Positions 31,073 to 41,570 of a DNA stretch of 64,000 nucleotides are shown here, in pieces. Numbering within the stretch: the first letter of the stretch is position 1; each line of letters begins with the position of its first letter. The notes below the pieces were generated by a model. That model had not been told where the DNA came from and searched no databases. It saw nothing but the letters and a program-made list of their open reading frames with translations. The stretch spans positions 6,006-70,005 of the forward strand of contig JBBRZU010000001.1 in the NCBI GenBank assembly GCA_038236425.1. Direction: 5' to 3'. A program made the translations under genes and the position numbers. The stretch comes from Lysobacterales bacterium. Its GTDB lineage: Bacteria; Pseudomonadota; Gammaproteobacteria; Xanthomonadales; Xanthomonadaceae.

Positions 31073-32913
31073 AACAGCAGATTGACCGCCAACAGCGTGA
31101 TCACCAGATAGGCCAGCGTCAGCGGTGCGCCGGTCCGCCACATATCACGTGGGCGGTAGCCGGCAGGTCCGGCGATCATCGACATCACCGGGTTGGACTG
31201 GCTGAGGAAGTTGTTGGATGCCGACAAGGCCACCAGCATCGCAAACGCCAGCGGCTTTCCTTGCGCAGCCAACGCGATATTGATCGCCATCGGCACCATC
31301 ACGATGGTCGCGCCGACATTGCCGATCACCAGGCTGAAGGCAATGGTCAGCAGGGCGATTGCGGCCTGCAATCCCCACACCGGCATACCGCTACCGAAGC
31401 GCTCGAGTGCCTGCTGCGCCACCCAGCTGGCTGCGCCGGTGGAATCCATCGCGTAGCCGAGCGGGATCAGGCAGGCCATGAGGAAAACCGTTTTCCAGCT
31501 CACCGCCGCGTAGGCTTCATCCATGTTCAGCACGCCGGTGACAATCATCGCCGCCGCGCCGCCCATCAGCGCCAGCGGCACCGGGAGCAGGGTACTCAGC
31601 GCCAGCGCCATTGCCGCCACGAACAGCACGATCGCCAGTTTCAATTTATGCGGGCGCTGTTCCTGCTTGGGGTAATCAGTCACCACGACGAAATCGCGAT
31701 TCACGCCGGCCTGCGCCAGGTCGCTCCAGACACTGTGGAACACCAGCATGTCGCCGGCGCGCAAGGGCAGCTGGCGGATGTCGGCGCGGAAGACCTTCTT
31801 CTCGCGGTTGATCGCCAACAGGCTGATGCCGTGGCGCTTGCGCAACTGCAATTGCGCCTGGGTGCGGCCGATGAACTGCGAGGTCGGCGGCACCACGGCT
31901 TCGGAAATGCCCGCGCGGCTGGGGTCAAACAGGTCGGCAAAGTTGCGCAGCCGCGCCGACAGCTTGAGCTGGTTGGCCTGCGCATAGGTCTGCACGGCGT
32001 CACGCCCGCCCATCACGCCGATCACGCTGCCCACCCAGATCATCTGGTCGGCCGGCGGCGACAGGCGCGCCTCGGTGCCGGTCAGCAGCGCCAGGTAGAG
32101 TGGCGCGCCGGACTGTGCCTCGGCTTCGCCGATCGACATGCCGACCAGCGGACTTTCCGCGCCCACGGTCAATTCATAGACGTCGCCTTCGATGCCGTAG
32201 GCCTGGGCGAAGTAACTCTCGGTGCGCGCCGGCGTCACCGCGTCCTTGCCTTCCTCGGCGTCGCGCAGCCACTTGCGTCCCGGGTAGCGGTAGTACAGCA
32301 GGCTGGCGATCAGCAGCGTCAGGCCGATCGGCAGCGGACGGAACATCGGGAATGCAGTCAGCGTCGCCACGCCCGAAGGCAGGTTGCGGTTCGCCGACAG
32401 CACCAGGTCGTTGAGCAGCAGCAGTGGCGAATTGCCGACCATGGTCAGGCCACCGCCCATCACGATCGCCGCGGCCAGCGGCAACAGCAGGCGCGGCAGG
32501 CTCACGCCGGTGCGCGATGACAGGCGCGAGGCGACCGGCAGGAACAACGCGGTCACCGACGGGTTCTGCATGAAGCCTGACATCAGGCCGGCGACCGCCG
32601 AGGTCCACAGCACCAGCCGGGTTTCGACGCCCTTGGACCGGCGCAGCAACCACGACGCCAGCCGATGCAGTGCACCGGTGTGGTCGAGCCCGGCGCCCAG
32701 GATCATGGTGGCAATGATCGAGATGACCGCGTTACCGGAAAAACCCGCGAACAGTTCGTTGCCCGGTACCAGGTGGGTTACACCCAGCGCGACCAATACG
32801 ACCAATGCCGTCGCATCGCTGCGGATGCGCTCGAACATGAACATGGTCATCGTGAACGCGACCAGACCGAGCACCAGCATCATGTCGCGGGTCAGGGTGA
32901 GGTCGGTTCCCAT
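31069..32913 (-). CDS. SLC13 family permease with TrkA-C domains
   Basis: LFAGFSGNA, LTMVGNSP, central TrkA-C repeats, GPAGY; gene order after trmB. Confidence 0.88.
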   Translation of the reverse strand: MGTDLTLTRDMMLVLGLVAFTMTMFMFERIRSDATALVVLVALGVTHLVPGNELFAGFSGNAVISIIATMILGAGLDHTGALHRLASWLLRRSKGVETRLVLWTSAVAGLMSGFMQNPSVTALFLPVASRLSSRTGVSLPRLLLPLAAAIVMGGGLTMVGNSPLLLLNDLVLSANRNLPSGVATLTAFPMFRPLPIGLTLLIASLLYYRYPGRKWLRDAEEGKDAVTPARTESYFAQAYGIEGDVYELTVGAESPLVGMSIGEAEAQSGAPLYLALLTGTEARLSPPADQMIWVGSVIGVMGGRDAVQTYAQANQLKLSARLRNFADLFDPSRAGISEAVVPPTSQFIGRTQAQLQLRKRHGISLLAINREKKVFRADIRQLPLRAGDMLVFHSVWSDLAQAGVNRDFVVVTDYPKQEQRPHKLKLAIVLFVAAMALALSTLLPVPLALMGGAAAMIVTGVLNMDEAYAAVSWKTVFLMACLIPLGYAMDSTGAASWVAQQALERFGSGMPVWGLQAAIALLTIAFSLVIGNVGATIVMVPMAINIALAAQGKPLAFAMLVALSASNNFLSQSNPVMSMIAGPAGYRPRDMWRTGAPLTLAYLVITLLAVNLLF

Positions 32914-32927
32914 GGTGGTGGCCGGCG

Positions 32928-33632
32928 TCAGGCGCGCCGGTACAGCAGATCCCAGGTGCCGTGGCCGAGTTTCTGGCCGCGGGTTTCGAAGTGGGTCTGG
33001 CGGCGCCAGTCGGGACGCGACACCGCGCCGCGCGGGCCAGCGGTGTTGTGCAGGCGCGGCTCGGCATCGAGCACGTCCCACATGTGTTCGGCATAGGCTT
33101 CCCAGTCGGTGGCCAAGTGCAGCAAGCCGCCGGGCCGCAGCTTGTCGCAGATCAACCCGACGAAGCCCGGTTGCACGATGCGCCGTTTGTTGTGCTTCTT
33201 CTTGTGCCACGGATCGGGAAAGTAGATCCGCACTTCATCAAGCGCAGCATCGCCAACTTCATCGCGCAACACTTCGACCGCGTCGTGCTGGTACAGCCGC
33301 ACATTGCCCAGCGCGCCGGCCGCCAGCGCATTCAGCACGCGCCCAACGCCTGGACCATGCACTTCGACGCCGATGAAATCGCGCGCCGGTTCATGGCGCG
33401 CCGCGAATTCAAGTTGCTCGCCATTTCCGAATCCAACTTCAAATACGCGCCCTGCGTGCCGCCCGAACACCGCGTCGAAGTCCCGGGTCGAACCGGCGTA
33501 GTCAAGCCCATAGGTTGCCCAGTGATCGTCGAATGCGCGCCTCTGCGCGCCGGTCATCCGGCCTTGGCGCAGCACATAGCTGCGGATGGCGCGCCGGACC
33601 GGGCCGGGTTCGGGGGCCGGCTCGGCGGGCAT
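32928..33632 (-). CDS. trmB: tRNA (guanine-N7)-methyltransferase
   Basis: [35 protein letters not shown]. Confidence 0.97.
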   Translation of the reverse strand: MPAEPAPEPGPVRRAIRSYVLRQGRMTGAQRRAFDDHWATYGLDYAGSTRDFDAVFGRHAGRVFEVGFGNGEQLEFAARHEPARDFIGVEVHGPGVGRVLNALAAGALGNVRLYQHDAVEVLRDEVGDAALDEVRIYFPDPWHKKKHNKRRIVQPGFVGLICDKLRPGGLLHLATDWEAYAEHMWDVLDAEPRLHNTAGPRGAVSRPDWRRQTHFETRGQKLGHGTWDLLYRRA

Positions 33633-33637
33633 GCCGC

Positions 33638-34435
33638 TCAGAAAAACAATCCGTCCGCAGGCGATGAGGCGTCGGCGTGGCGTCGACGCGGGATACGTCC
33701 GGCAAGGAAGGCTTCGCGGCCGGCTTCGACCGCCTTGCGCATCGCGCTGGCCATCAGCACCGGATTCTTCGCCCCGGCGATGGCGGTATTCATCAGCACG
33801 CCGTCGCAACCCAGCTCCATCGCGATGGCGGCGTCCGAGGCGGTGCCGACGCCGGCATCCACCAGCACCGGCACCTTGGCGTTCTCGACGATTTCCAGCA
33901 GGTTCCAGCGATTCTGGATGCCCAGGCCTGAACCGATCGGCGCCGCCAGCGGCATGATTGCGACGCAGCCGATTGCTTCCAGGCGCCGCGCCAGGATGGG
34001 ATCGTCGGAGGTGTAGACCATCACGTCAAAGCCATCGGCAACCAGGATCTCGGCGGCCTGCAGGGTCTGCACGACATCGGGATACAGGGTCTTCGGATCA
34101 CCGAGCACTTCAAGCTTCACCAGCTTGTGTCCGTCGAGCAGCTCGCGTGCGAGACGGCAGGTCCGCACGGCATCCTCGGCGGTGTAGCAACCGGCGGTGT
34201 TGGGCAGGATGGTGAACAGGTCCGGCGGCAGCACATCGAGCAGGTTGGGCGCGTTGGCGTCCTGGCCCAGGTTCATGCGGCGCAGCGCGACAGTGACGAT
34301 CTGCGCGCCGGCGGCATCGCTGGCCGCGCGGGTCTGCTCGAAGTCGCGGAACTTGCCGGTGCCGGTCAACAGGCGCGAACGATAGGGCTTGCCCGCGATG
34401 ATCAGCGGGTCGTCGAGCGGGGTAGAGGATTGCAT
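33638..34435 (-). CDS. thiG: Thiazole synthase
   Basis: [38 protein letters not shown]. Confidence 0.97.
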   Translation of the reverse strand: MQSSTPLDDPLIIAGKPYRSRLLTGTGKFRDFEQTRAASDAAGAQIVTVALRRMNLGQDANAPNLLDVLPPDLFTILPNTAGCYTAEDAVRTCRLARELLDGHKLVKLEVLGDPKTLYPDVVQTLQAAEILVADGFDVMVYTSDDPILARRLEAIGCVAIMPLAAPIGSGLGIQNRWNLLEIVENAKVPVLVDAGVGTASDAAIAMELGCDGVLMNTAIAGAKNPVLMASAMRKAVEAGREAFLAGRIPRRRHADASSPADGLFF

Positions 34436-34614
34436 CGGGCAATTATGGCGCGGATTGGATGCTGGACCCAAGGACTGCTGCGCTGGTTGTGATGTGTGCG
34501 GCACACAGACCCTGCAACCAACCATCCCTGGTGGATGGCGCCTGCCGGCGCTCCCGGCGCCGGCCTGATCGGCCGCGCGACATGCCATTCATGACATGTC
34601 GCAAACGCGGCCGA

Positions 34615-34815
34615 TCAGCCCCCGCCAATGGCCTGGATCAGCTCGATCTGGTCGCCGTCGTGCAGCGGATGCTCGGCATGGCGGCTGCGCGGCACGATCT
34701 CGCGGTTGACCTCGACCGCCAGCCGGCGGCCTGCCTGACCCTCGGCCACCAGCAGGGTGGCCACGGTCTGCGGCGCGGGCAACTCGCGCGTGTTGCCATT
34801 GACGATCAGTTTCAT
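34615..34815 (-). CDS. thiS: Sulfur carrier protein ThiS
   Basis: 66 aa, AVEVNREIVPRS, C-terminal GGG. Confidence 0.95.
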   Translation of the reverse strand: MKLIVNGNTRELPAPQTVATLLVAEGQAGRRLAVEVNREIVPRSRHAEHPLHDGDQIELIQAIGGG

Positions 34816-34872
34816 CGGCGAAGGATATCGCTTTGCGGGGACCCGGGGCCGGGGCCATAATCGTGCCAACCA

Positions 34873-34946
34873 GCGGGTGTAGCTCAATGGTAGAGCTGTT
34901 GCTTCCCAAGCAACTGACGAGGGTTCGATTCCCTTCACCCGCTCCA
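34873..34946 (+). tRNA. tRNA-Gly (anticodon CCC)
   Basis: GCGGGTG acceptor stem, AGCTCAATGGTAGAGC D-arm, GTTGC-TTCCCAA-GCAAC anticodon arm, GGTTCGATT T-loop, 3' CCA. Confidence 0.96.
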
Positions 34947-35004
34947 CGTCGGCGATCGCGGCGGAACAAGCTCGCCACCGTCGCAACGCAACTCGCGAGA
35001 CTCC

Positions 35005-36483
35005 ATGCAACAGACCGACACGCAGACCGGACCGGGCGACGAACCCACAGCCGAGGTTGCACGGCGGCTTGCGCTCGCACTGCTCGCCCTGCAGGAGCAG
35101 CAGCAGCGCAACCTCGATCTGCAGTCCGAGCTGGCGGATATTCATGCCAGCCGGAGCTGGCGCCTGACCAAACCGCTGCGCACCCTGCGCTCGCGATTGC
35201 TGCCGTCGCTGGCCACCCTGCCTGCGCTGGAGCCCGCGGCCAGCGGAAACGGCCGGGTCCTGGCCGATCCGGCGCGCCTGCTGATGCAGCGCGTCGGCGT
35301 GCTCCTGCCTGCCACGCGTCGTGGCACTGACACCGGTCCGGGACCGCGCCTGCTGGTCGACGTGACCGAATTGGCGCTGCAAGACCACGGCGCCGGGATC
35401 CAGCGTGTCGTGCGCCGCCTGCTGGTCGAGTTGCTGCTTGCGCCTGCGCCCGGACTGCGCACCGAACCGGTGCGCCTGGCCGCCACTGGTGGCTATGTGC
35501 ACGCACGCGCCTTCCTCGCACGGATGCTCGGCATGGACGCGGCCGATGCCGGCGAAGACACGCCGGTGCTGGCTGGCCCCGGCGACCGCCTGCTCGCGCT
35601 GGACCTGCTGCGCGACCGCGTCGAGCAGCTCCGTCCAGCCTGGCGCGAACTGCGCTCGCGCGGCGTGCGGCTGAGCGTGGTGGTGTACGACCTGTTGCCA
35701 CTCAGCAATCCGTCCTGGTTCCCGCCCGGCGTGCCAGCGCGCTTCGCCGATTGGCTCGACCTCGTTCTGGACCAGGCGGACCAGGCACTGTGCATTTCCC
35801 GCACTGTTGCCGATGCCTTGCGCGACGCAAACCAGGCGCGCGGCGGCGTGCGTGCGCCGGCGATCTGCAATTTCCGGCTCGGCGCCGACCTCGAGGGCTG
35901 GTTGCTGCCGGTGCGCCGGCTACCGGGCCTGGCACCCGGACAACCGCGTTTCATCGTGGTTGGGACGATCGAGCCACGTAAAGGCCACGCCCAGGCCCTG
36001 GCTGCATTCGAGGCCCTGTGGGCAGGCGGCAGCCAGGCGCAGTTGCTGATCGCCGGGCGCTACGGTTGGGGCGAACATCGGCTCGCCAACCGGCTGCGCA
36101 ACCATCCCGAGGCCGGCAAGCGCCTGCTTTGGATCGACGCCGCTGACGATGCCGACCTGACAGCGGCCTACCGGGAAAGCACCGCCTTGCTGGCGCCGTC
36201 CCGGGGCGAGGGCTTCGGCCTGCCCCTGGTGGAGGCGGCCGCGCATGGCCTGCCGGTGCTGGCGCGTGACCTGCCGGTGTTTCGCGAGGTCGGAGGCACC
36301 GGCGTCGACTATTTCAGCGGCGAGTCGCCGGCACAGTTGCGGGCGGCAATCGAAGACTGGCTGCGACGTTGGGAAAGCGGCGCCATCGCCATGCCTGAAG
36401 TGGCTGCAGTGCGCAGCTGGCGCGACAGCGCCCACGCTCTCCTGCTCGCGATCGGGGTCGCAGAGCAGCCTGTCCACGCTTGA
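35005..36483 (+). CDS. Glycosyltransferase family 4 with N-terminal coiled coil and SRSWRLTKPLR helix
   Basis: GIQRVVR, VVYDLLPL, VGTIEPRKGH, EGFGLPLVEA. Confidence 0.88.
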   Translation: MQQTDTQTGPGDEPTAEVARRLALALLALQEQQQRNLDLQSELADIHASRSWRLTKPLRTLRSRLLPSLATLPALEPAASGNGRVLADPARLLMQRVGVLLPATRRGTDTGPGPRLLVDVTELALQDHGAGIQRVVRRLLVELLLAPAPGLRTEPVRLAATGGYVHARAFLARMLGMDAADAGEDTPVLAGPGDRLLALDLLRDRVEQLRPAWRELRSRGVRLSVVVYDLLPLSNPSWFPPGVPARFADWLDLVLDQADQALCISRTVADALRDANQARGGVRAPAICNFRLGADLEGWLLPVRRLPGLAPGQPRFIVVGTIEPRKGHAQALAAFEALWAGGSQAQLLIAGRYGWGEHRLANRLRNHPEAGKRLLWIDAADDADLTAAYRESTALLAPSRGEGFGLPLVEAAAHGLPVLARDLPVFREVGGTGVDYFSGESPAQLRAAIEDWLRRWESGAIAMPEVAAVRSWRDSAHALLLAIGVAEQPVHA

Positions 36484-36653
36484 CCGGTTTGGGTCTCGCG
36501 CTGTGCGGCAGTTATCCTTGCGGCCAACGCGAGGCCGCGACGTCGACCTCCGACCCCAGGATTGCCGTGATCGAACTGCAGTGTGGCGCCACCGATCTTT
36601 CCATGCCCCGGCTCGCTTCCTGACATGGCTCGCTGCATGCCCTGGCTCGCTGC

Positions 36654-37937
36654 ATGAACTCGATGTCTTACGCGCAGAACCGCGAGGACCTGGTGCTCGC
36701 ACGCGTGCTGGCCGACGTGGTGCGGGGAAGCTACGTCGACGTGGGCGCGCAGGACCCCCGCGTCGATTCGGTCACCTGTGCCTTCTACGAACGCGGATGG
36801 CGCGGTATCAACATCGAACCAGTGCAGCACTGGCACCGGCGTCTGCTGGCGGCGCGTCCGGACGATCTCAACCTGTGCCTTGCCGCCGGTGACCATGCCG
36901 GCACGTTGCGACTCTACGAGGTCCAGGGCACCGGCCTGTCGACCGTCCGCGCGGACCTGGCCGCGCGTCATCGCGCAGCCGGCCTGCTGGTGCACGAATC
37001 GGAAGTTGCGGTACAGACCCTGGATGCCATCTTCGCTGTCGCGGGCATGGCGGACGTGCATTTCCTGAAGATCGACGCGGCGGGCGCGGAACTGGAGGTC
37101 TTGCGCGGTTTGTCCTTCCGCATACTGCGACCCTGGATCGTGGTGGTGGCGGCCATGCCCGAGTCGCGTGTGCCCGCCGGTCCGGACTGGGAACCTGCGC
37201 TGCTCGGTCACGACTACGATTTCGCCTATGACGACGGCAACAACCGCTTCTACCTGGCGCGCGAACACGCGGACCTGGCGGGACGCTTCGGACCGTCGAG
37301 CGCGCTGGATGACTTCGCGCGCCCCGGGCAGTTGGACAACGCGGCAATGCTCGAGTCGCGACCCGGGGAAACTGCAGCGCTCCTGCAGTCGAAATTGAAG
37401 GATGCGACGGCGCGGATCCTTGCCCAGGCCGCGGATCTGTCCTCCGCTGGGGCGCTGGCGCAGCGCCAGCAGCTCGAGGTGGCGACGCTGCGACTGGCGC
37501 ACGCGCGGTTGTCGTTGCTGGTGCCCAACCTTGAGGCGGAGTTGCACGGCGCCGAGCGCGCGAACGCAGCGATGACGGCCGAAATCCTGCGCCAGGCCGA
37601 TCTGATCGCGGCGCTCCAGGCTGAACATTCCGGCCTCATGGGCAGCCGCTCCTGGCGCCTGACCGCGCCCTTGCGGGCACTGCGGCTGCCGATGGCCGCG
37701 GCCAGCGACGTCAGCGCCCGGTCGGCACGCTCCCTGGCGCGCAATCGGTTGCTGCGTGGTGCCACGGCGCTTGCACTCCGGCCCCTCCCCGGCCTCGCAG
37801 CCAGGCTGAAACTGCGACTGTACGGCCCACCGGCGCCGGAGCTGAAAGACGATCTGCCGATGGCATTGACCGAAGATGCCGAACGCATCCTGCGTCTTGC
37901 CCCGGTCGTGCCTGCGCCCAAGCAGGGCAGGGGCTGA
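36654..37937 (+). CDS. FkbM-family methyltransferase + coiled coil (WbdD-like chain terminator candidate)
   Basis: SYAQNRED, YVDVGA, GWRGINIEP, HFLKID; C-terminal coiled coil and SRSWRLTAPLR. Confidence 0.82.
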   Translation: MNSMSYAQNREDLVLARVLADVVRGSYVDVGAQDPRVDSVTCAFYERGWRGINIEPVQHWHRRLLAARPDDLNLCLAAGDHAGTLRLYEVQGTGLSTVRADLAARHRAAGLLVHESEVAVQTLDAIFAVAGMADVHFLKIDAAGAELEVLRGLSFRILRPWIVVVAAMPESRVPAGPDWEPALLGHDYDFAYDDGNNRFYLAREHADLAGRFGPSSALDDFARPGQLDNAAMLESRPGETAALLQSKLKDATARILAQAADLSSAGALAQRQQLEVATLRLAHARLSLLVPNLEAELHGAERANAAMTAEILRQADLIAALQAEHSGLMGSRSWRLTAPLRALRLPMAAASDVSARSARSLARNRLLRGATALALRPLPGLAARLKLRLYGPPAPELKDDLPMALTEDAERILRLAPVVPAPKQGRG

Positions 37938-37940
37938 CCG

Positions 37941-40910
37941 ATGCGCATCGTCATCGACCTGCAGGCATGCCAGAGCCTCGGCAGCCGGGTGCGCGGCATC
38001 GGCCGCTATTCGGCCAGTATCGCCAAGGCCATGATCGGCCGCGGCACGGGGCATGAGTTCTGGATCGCATTGAACGGGGCGCTGCCGGAATCCATCGAGG
38101 ACATCCGCGCGGACTTTGATGCCTTGCTGCCCCAGGACCGCATCGTGGTTTGGGACAACCCGTTTCCGGGCAGCGAGTACATGGCCCCCGAGCCATGGCG
38201 GATCCGCATGGCGGAAGTGCTGCGCGAGGATTTCCTGCGTACCCTGCGCCCGGACCTGGTGCATGTCAGTTCCCTGTTCGAAGGCCTGCACGATCCAGTC
38301 GTAACCTCGATCGGCCGCTCCAGTGGCCCGGTCTTGCCAACGGCCGTCACGCTGTACGACCTCATCCCGCTGGCGATGGAGTCCGACTACCTGCAGAATC
38401 CGCCGACCCGAAAGTGGTACCAGCGCAAGCTGGGCAGCCTGCGCCGCGCTGATCTGCTCCTGGCGATTTCGCAATTCAGCCTGTCCCAGGCCAAGTCGCT
38501 GTTGCGATTGGACGATGCGCGCCTTGCCAACATCTCGGGCGCCGCCGATCCGCTGTTCCGGGTGCTGCCGGCAGATTCCGCGCGCGAAGTCGCGCTGCGC
38601 GCTCGCCTGGGCGTGTGGCGCAGCTTTGTCATGTACGCCGGCGGCTTTGACTCGCGCAAGAACGTGGCCGGATTGATCCGCGCCTACGCCTCGCTGCCGC
38701 CGTCGTTGCGCCAGTCGCGTCAACTGGTGGTGGTCGGCGAGCCGCTCGGCACGATCCGCGCCGAGCTCGACGCGGTGGCGCGCAAGCACGGGCTGGCCGC
38801 CGACGAGCTGCGCTTCGTCGGCTTCGTGAACGACGCCGACTTGGTCGGCTTGTACAACGCCTGCGAGCTGTACGTGTTTCCCTCGCGCAGCGAGGGCTTT
38901 GGCCTGCCCGCACTGGAAGCCATGGCCTGCGGCGCGCCGGTGATCGCCGCCGACACCAGCAGCCTGCCCGAGGTCATCGGATATCCGGACGCGATGTTCG
39001 ATGCCACCTCGGATGCCGCGATGGCGGAGCGAATCGGCCAGGCGCTGTCCGATCCGGGGTATCGCGCACGGCTTATCGCGCACGGCAAGGAACGCGTACG
39101 CCTGTTTTCCTGGGAAGCCAGCGCGGATCGCGCGCTGGACGCGATCGCCGCCTGGTCGCTGCGGCAGGCCGGCGCAGCCCCGGGTCCGGACCTGGATCCG
39201 GTCATGGATGCCCCGGGGCCTGGCCGGGATGACCCGAGGCTTGGCGCAATCGGCAGGCAATCGCGAGCACTGGCGCGTGAGCTTGCGGGGCACGATCCCG
39301 GCGCCGCAGCGCTTCGTCGCCTGGCCGCGGCGCAGTCAACCAACACGTCCATTCCCGGCCGCCCTCGCCAGCTGCTGCTGGACGTGTCGGAGCTCTCGGC
39401 GCGGGATGCGCGTACGGGCATCCAGCGCGTGGTGCGCAATATCCTGGGCGAACTGCTGCAGGCGCCGCCGCCCGGGTTCGAAGTCGCCGCAATGCGCTTC
39501 GATGCCGATGGCAGTTGCCGTTACGCGCGCGCCTTCGTGCACCGCCTGCTCGGCCGCGGCGGACCGCCGCCGGAGGACGCAGTCGTTGACGCGCGCCAGG
39601 GTGATGTCTTCCTGGGCCTGGACCTGTCGGCACATCTCGTGCCCGGACAGGAGGCGCTGCTTGCGCGCTGGCGCCGGCATGGCGTCGCCCTGTACTTCGT
39701 CGTGTATGACCTGGTGCCACTGTTGCGCCCGGATGTTGTGCAACCAAACGCCCTGCCATTGTTCCGGCAGTGGTACCCGGTGATCGCGCGGCTGGCCGAC
39801 GGCCTGTGCTGCATTTCCGCCGCCGTGGCCAGGGAGTTGCTCGAGTGGTGCGACCAGGAGCGGCCATCGCGCCTGCGTCCGTTGCATTTGGGTCATTTCC
39901 ACCTCGGTGCGGACCTCGATGCAGGCACCGTCAGCGGCCACGGCGCGGCACCGCCGCCGGACTGGCTTTCGACACGACCAACCTTGCTGATGGTGGGTAC
40001 CCTCGAACCGCGGAAGGGTTACGCGCAGGCACTGGCTGCGATGGAAGTACTGTGGGCCGGCGGCGAGCAGGTGAACCTGGCGATCGTCGGCAAGCCTGGC
40101 TGGATGATGGATGACTTCGCCAGGAAGCTGCGCCGGCATCCCGAGTTCGGCCGGCGCCTGCAGTGGTTCGAGTCTGCTAACGACGCCGAGTTGTGCGCGC
40201 TCTACATCGGAAGCTCGGGATTGCTGATGGCCTCCGAAAGCGAAGGGTTCGGCTTGCCGATCATCGAGGCGGCGCGTCATGGCCTGGCCGTCGTGGCGCG
40301 CGACCTGCCGGTGTTCCGGGAAATCGCCGCCGGACACGCATATTGGTTTTCCGGCTATGCCGCCGACGACCTGGCCGCCGCACTGCGCAGTTGGCTCACG
40401 CTGTTTCGCCGCGGCGCAGCGCCCAGTCCGGAAGGCGTTCGCCAGATCAATTGGGCCGAGAGCAGGCGCCAGCTGCTCGCCCTGGTGATGGATGGCGGCT
40501 GGGACGCCACCTGGATGCCCGGGCCGCGCTATCTGTTTCCGGCCAGCGATCCCCGCCTCCTGCTGCAGGTCGGCGTGCGCGATCGACAGTCGTTGCGCAG
40601 CGACGGACGTGCGGGCTTCCTCGTCTATGGTCCGTACGCAAGCCTGCCGGCGGGTCGCTACCGCCTGGAGGTCCGCGGTGCCTGGGAACACGACGGCGAT
40701 GCCTACTGCGACGTGATGGTTGGAAAGGGCAGGAACAGGCTGGCGCACCGCGATATACGGGCCGCCGATGCGACACGCGGAATGATTCTGCTGGACACGC
40801 TCGAGCTCGCCAGCGACGTCTTCGACCTCGAGGTACGGCTGTGGGTATCGGAGTCCGTGGGCCTGCGGATCGACGCCATCGAGCTGCACTCCATCGACGC
40901 TGCCACCTGA
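37941..40910 (+). CDS. Multi-domain GT4 (two GT4 domains, WbdA-like) with extra C-terminal domain
   Basis: MRIVIDLQ...RGIGRYS, two EGFGLP motifs, C-terminal DGRAGFLVYGPY domain. Confidence 0.88.
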   Translation: MRIVIDLQACQSLGSRVRGIGRYSASIAKAMIGRGTGHEFWIALNGALPESIEDIRADFDALLPQDRIVVWDNPFPGSEYMAPEPWRIRMAEVLREDFLRTLRPDLVHVSSLFEGLHDPVVTSIGRSSGPVLPTAVTLYDLIPLAMESDYLQNPPTRKWYQRKLGSLRRADLLLAISQFSLSQAKSLLRLDDARLANISGAADPLFRVLPADSAREVALRARLGVWRSFVMYAGGFDSRKNVAGLIRAYASLPPSLRQSRQLVVVGEPLGTIRAELDAVARKHGLAADELRFVGFVNDADLVGLYNACELYVFPSRSEGFGLPALEAMACGAPVIAADTSSLPEVIGYPDAMFDATSDAAMAERIGQALSDPGYRARLIAHGKERVRLFSWEASADRALDAIAAWSLRQAGAAPGPDLDPVMDAPGPGRDDPRLGAIGRQSRALARELAGHDPGAAALRRLAAAQSTNTSIPGRPRQLLLDVSELSARDARTGIQRVVRNILGELLQAPPPGFEVAAMRFDADGSCRYARAFVHRLLGRGGPPPEDAVVDARQGDVFLGLDLSAHLVPGQEALLARWRRHGVALYFVVYDLVPLLRPDVVQPNALPLFRQWYPVIARLADGLCCISAAVARELLEWCDQERPSRLRPLHLGHFHLGADLDAGTVSGHGAAPPPDWLSTRPTLLMVGTLEPRKGYAQALAAMEVLWAGGEQVNLAIVGKPGWMMDDFARKLRRHPEFGRRLQWFESANDAELCALYIGSSGLLMASESEGFGLPIIEAARHGLAVVARDLPVFREIAAGHAYWFSGYAADDLAAALRSWLTLFRRGAAPSPEGVRQINWAESRRQLLALVMDGGWDATWMPGPRYLFPASDPRLLLQVGVRDRQSLRSDGRAGFLVYGPYASLPAGRYRLEVRGAWEHDGDAYCDVMVGKGRNRLAHRDIRAADATRGMILLDTLELASDVFDLEVRLWVSESVGLRIDAIELHSIDAAT

Positions 40911-40988
40911 GTTGGCGCGCCGCGGCTCGCGCTGGCGGTGCGGAGACGGCGCCAGTCTATACTCGCTTTCCCAGCAAGGAAGTCCGCC

Positions 40989-41570
40989 ATGACCCAACGA
41001 CGATCCCATGCCGCATCCTGGCTCGCACTCGGCGCCTGCCTGTGTCTTGCTGCTTGCGGGGAGCGGCCAGCCGTTGCGGTCCCCGGGCCCGCGGTTCCGG
41101 GCGAGGGGCCCGCGCCGACCGTGTCCGCGCCGATCCCGGCTGCGGGTCCAACGTCGCAGGGAACGTCCGCACCGACCATGTCGCTGACCGTCGATGACCC
41201 GCGCATCGCCAGCCTGGTGGGTGTGCGTACGCCCGGGTTGGGAATTGTTTCCGACGGCCGCGCTGGCTTTCTGGTTTACGGTCCCTATGCACACCTCGAC
41301 GCGGGCCGATATGAGGTTGCGTTACTCGGTTCCGTGCAGCCGGGCCACGCCGGTCCACTGCACATCGACATCGCGCGCGACAGGGGAGCCACCGTGGTCG
41401 CCGCGCAAGACCTGGAACCCGAGGCGCTGGCGAACCCGGGCATGGGCGGTGCGGTCGCTGTGCTCGCCTTCGAGTTGCCGGTCGCGGCAGACGATCTCGA
41501 GGTACGCGTCAGCGTCGACGCCAAGTCGCGCATCGCTGTGTCAGGTTACGACATCCGCCCTCGGCCGTGA
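40989..41570 (+). CDS. Lipoprotein with Pro/Ala linker and GRAGFLxYGPY domain
   Basis: AAGGAAG RBS, lipobox LAAC, domain shared with both neighbours. Confidence 0.8.
   Translation: MTQRRSHAASWLALGACLCLAACGERPAVAVPGPAVPGEGPAPTVSAPIPAAGPTSQGTSAPTMSLTVDDPRIASLVGVRTPGLGIVSDGRAGFLVYGPYAHLDAGRYEVALLGSVQPGHAGPLHIDIARDRGATVVAAQDLEPEALANPGMGGAVAVLAFELPVAADDLEVRVSVDAKSRIAVSGYDIRPRP

Noticed and set aside
34436-34614. TPP riboswitch between thiS and thiG
   Set aside because: Small hairpins are present, but the conserved GCTGAGA / CCTGA...GCGNAGG elements were not found.
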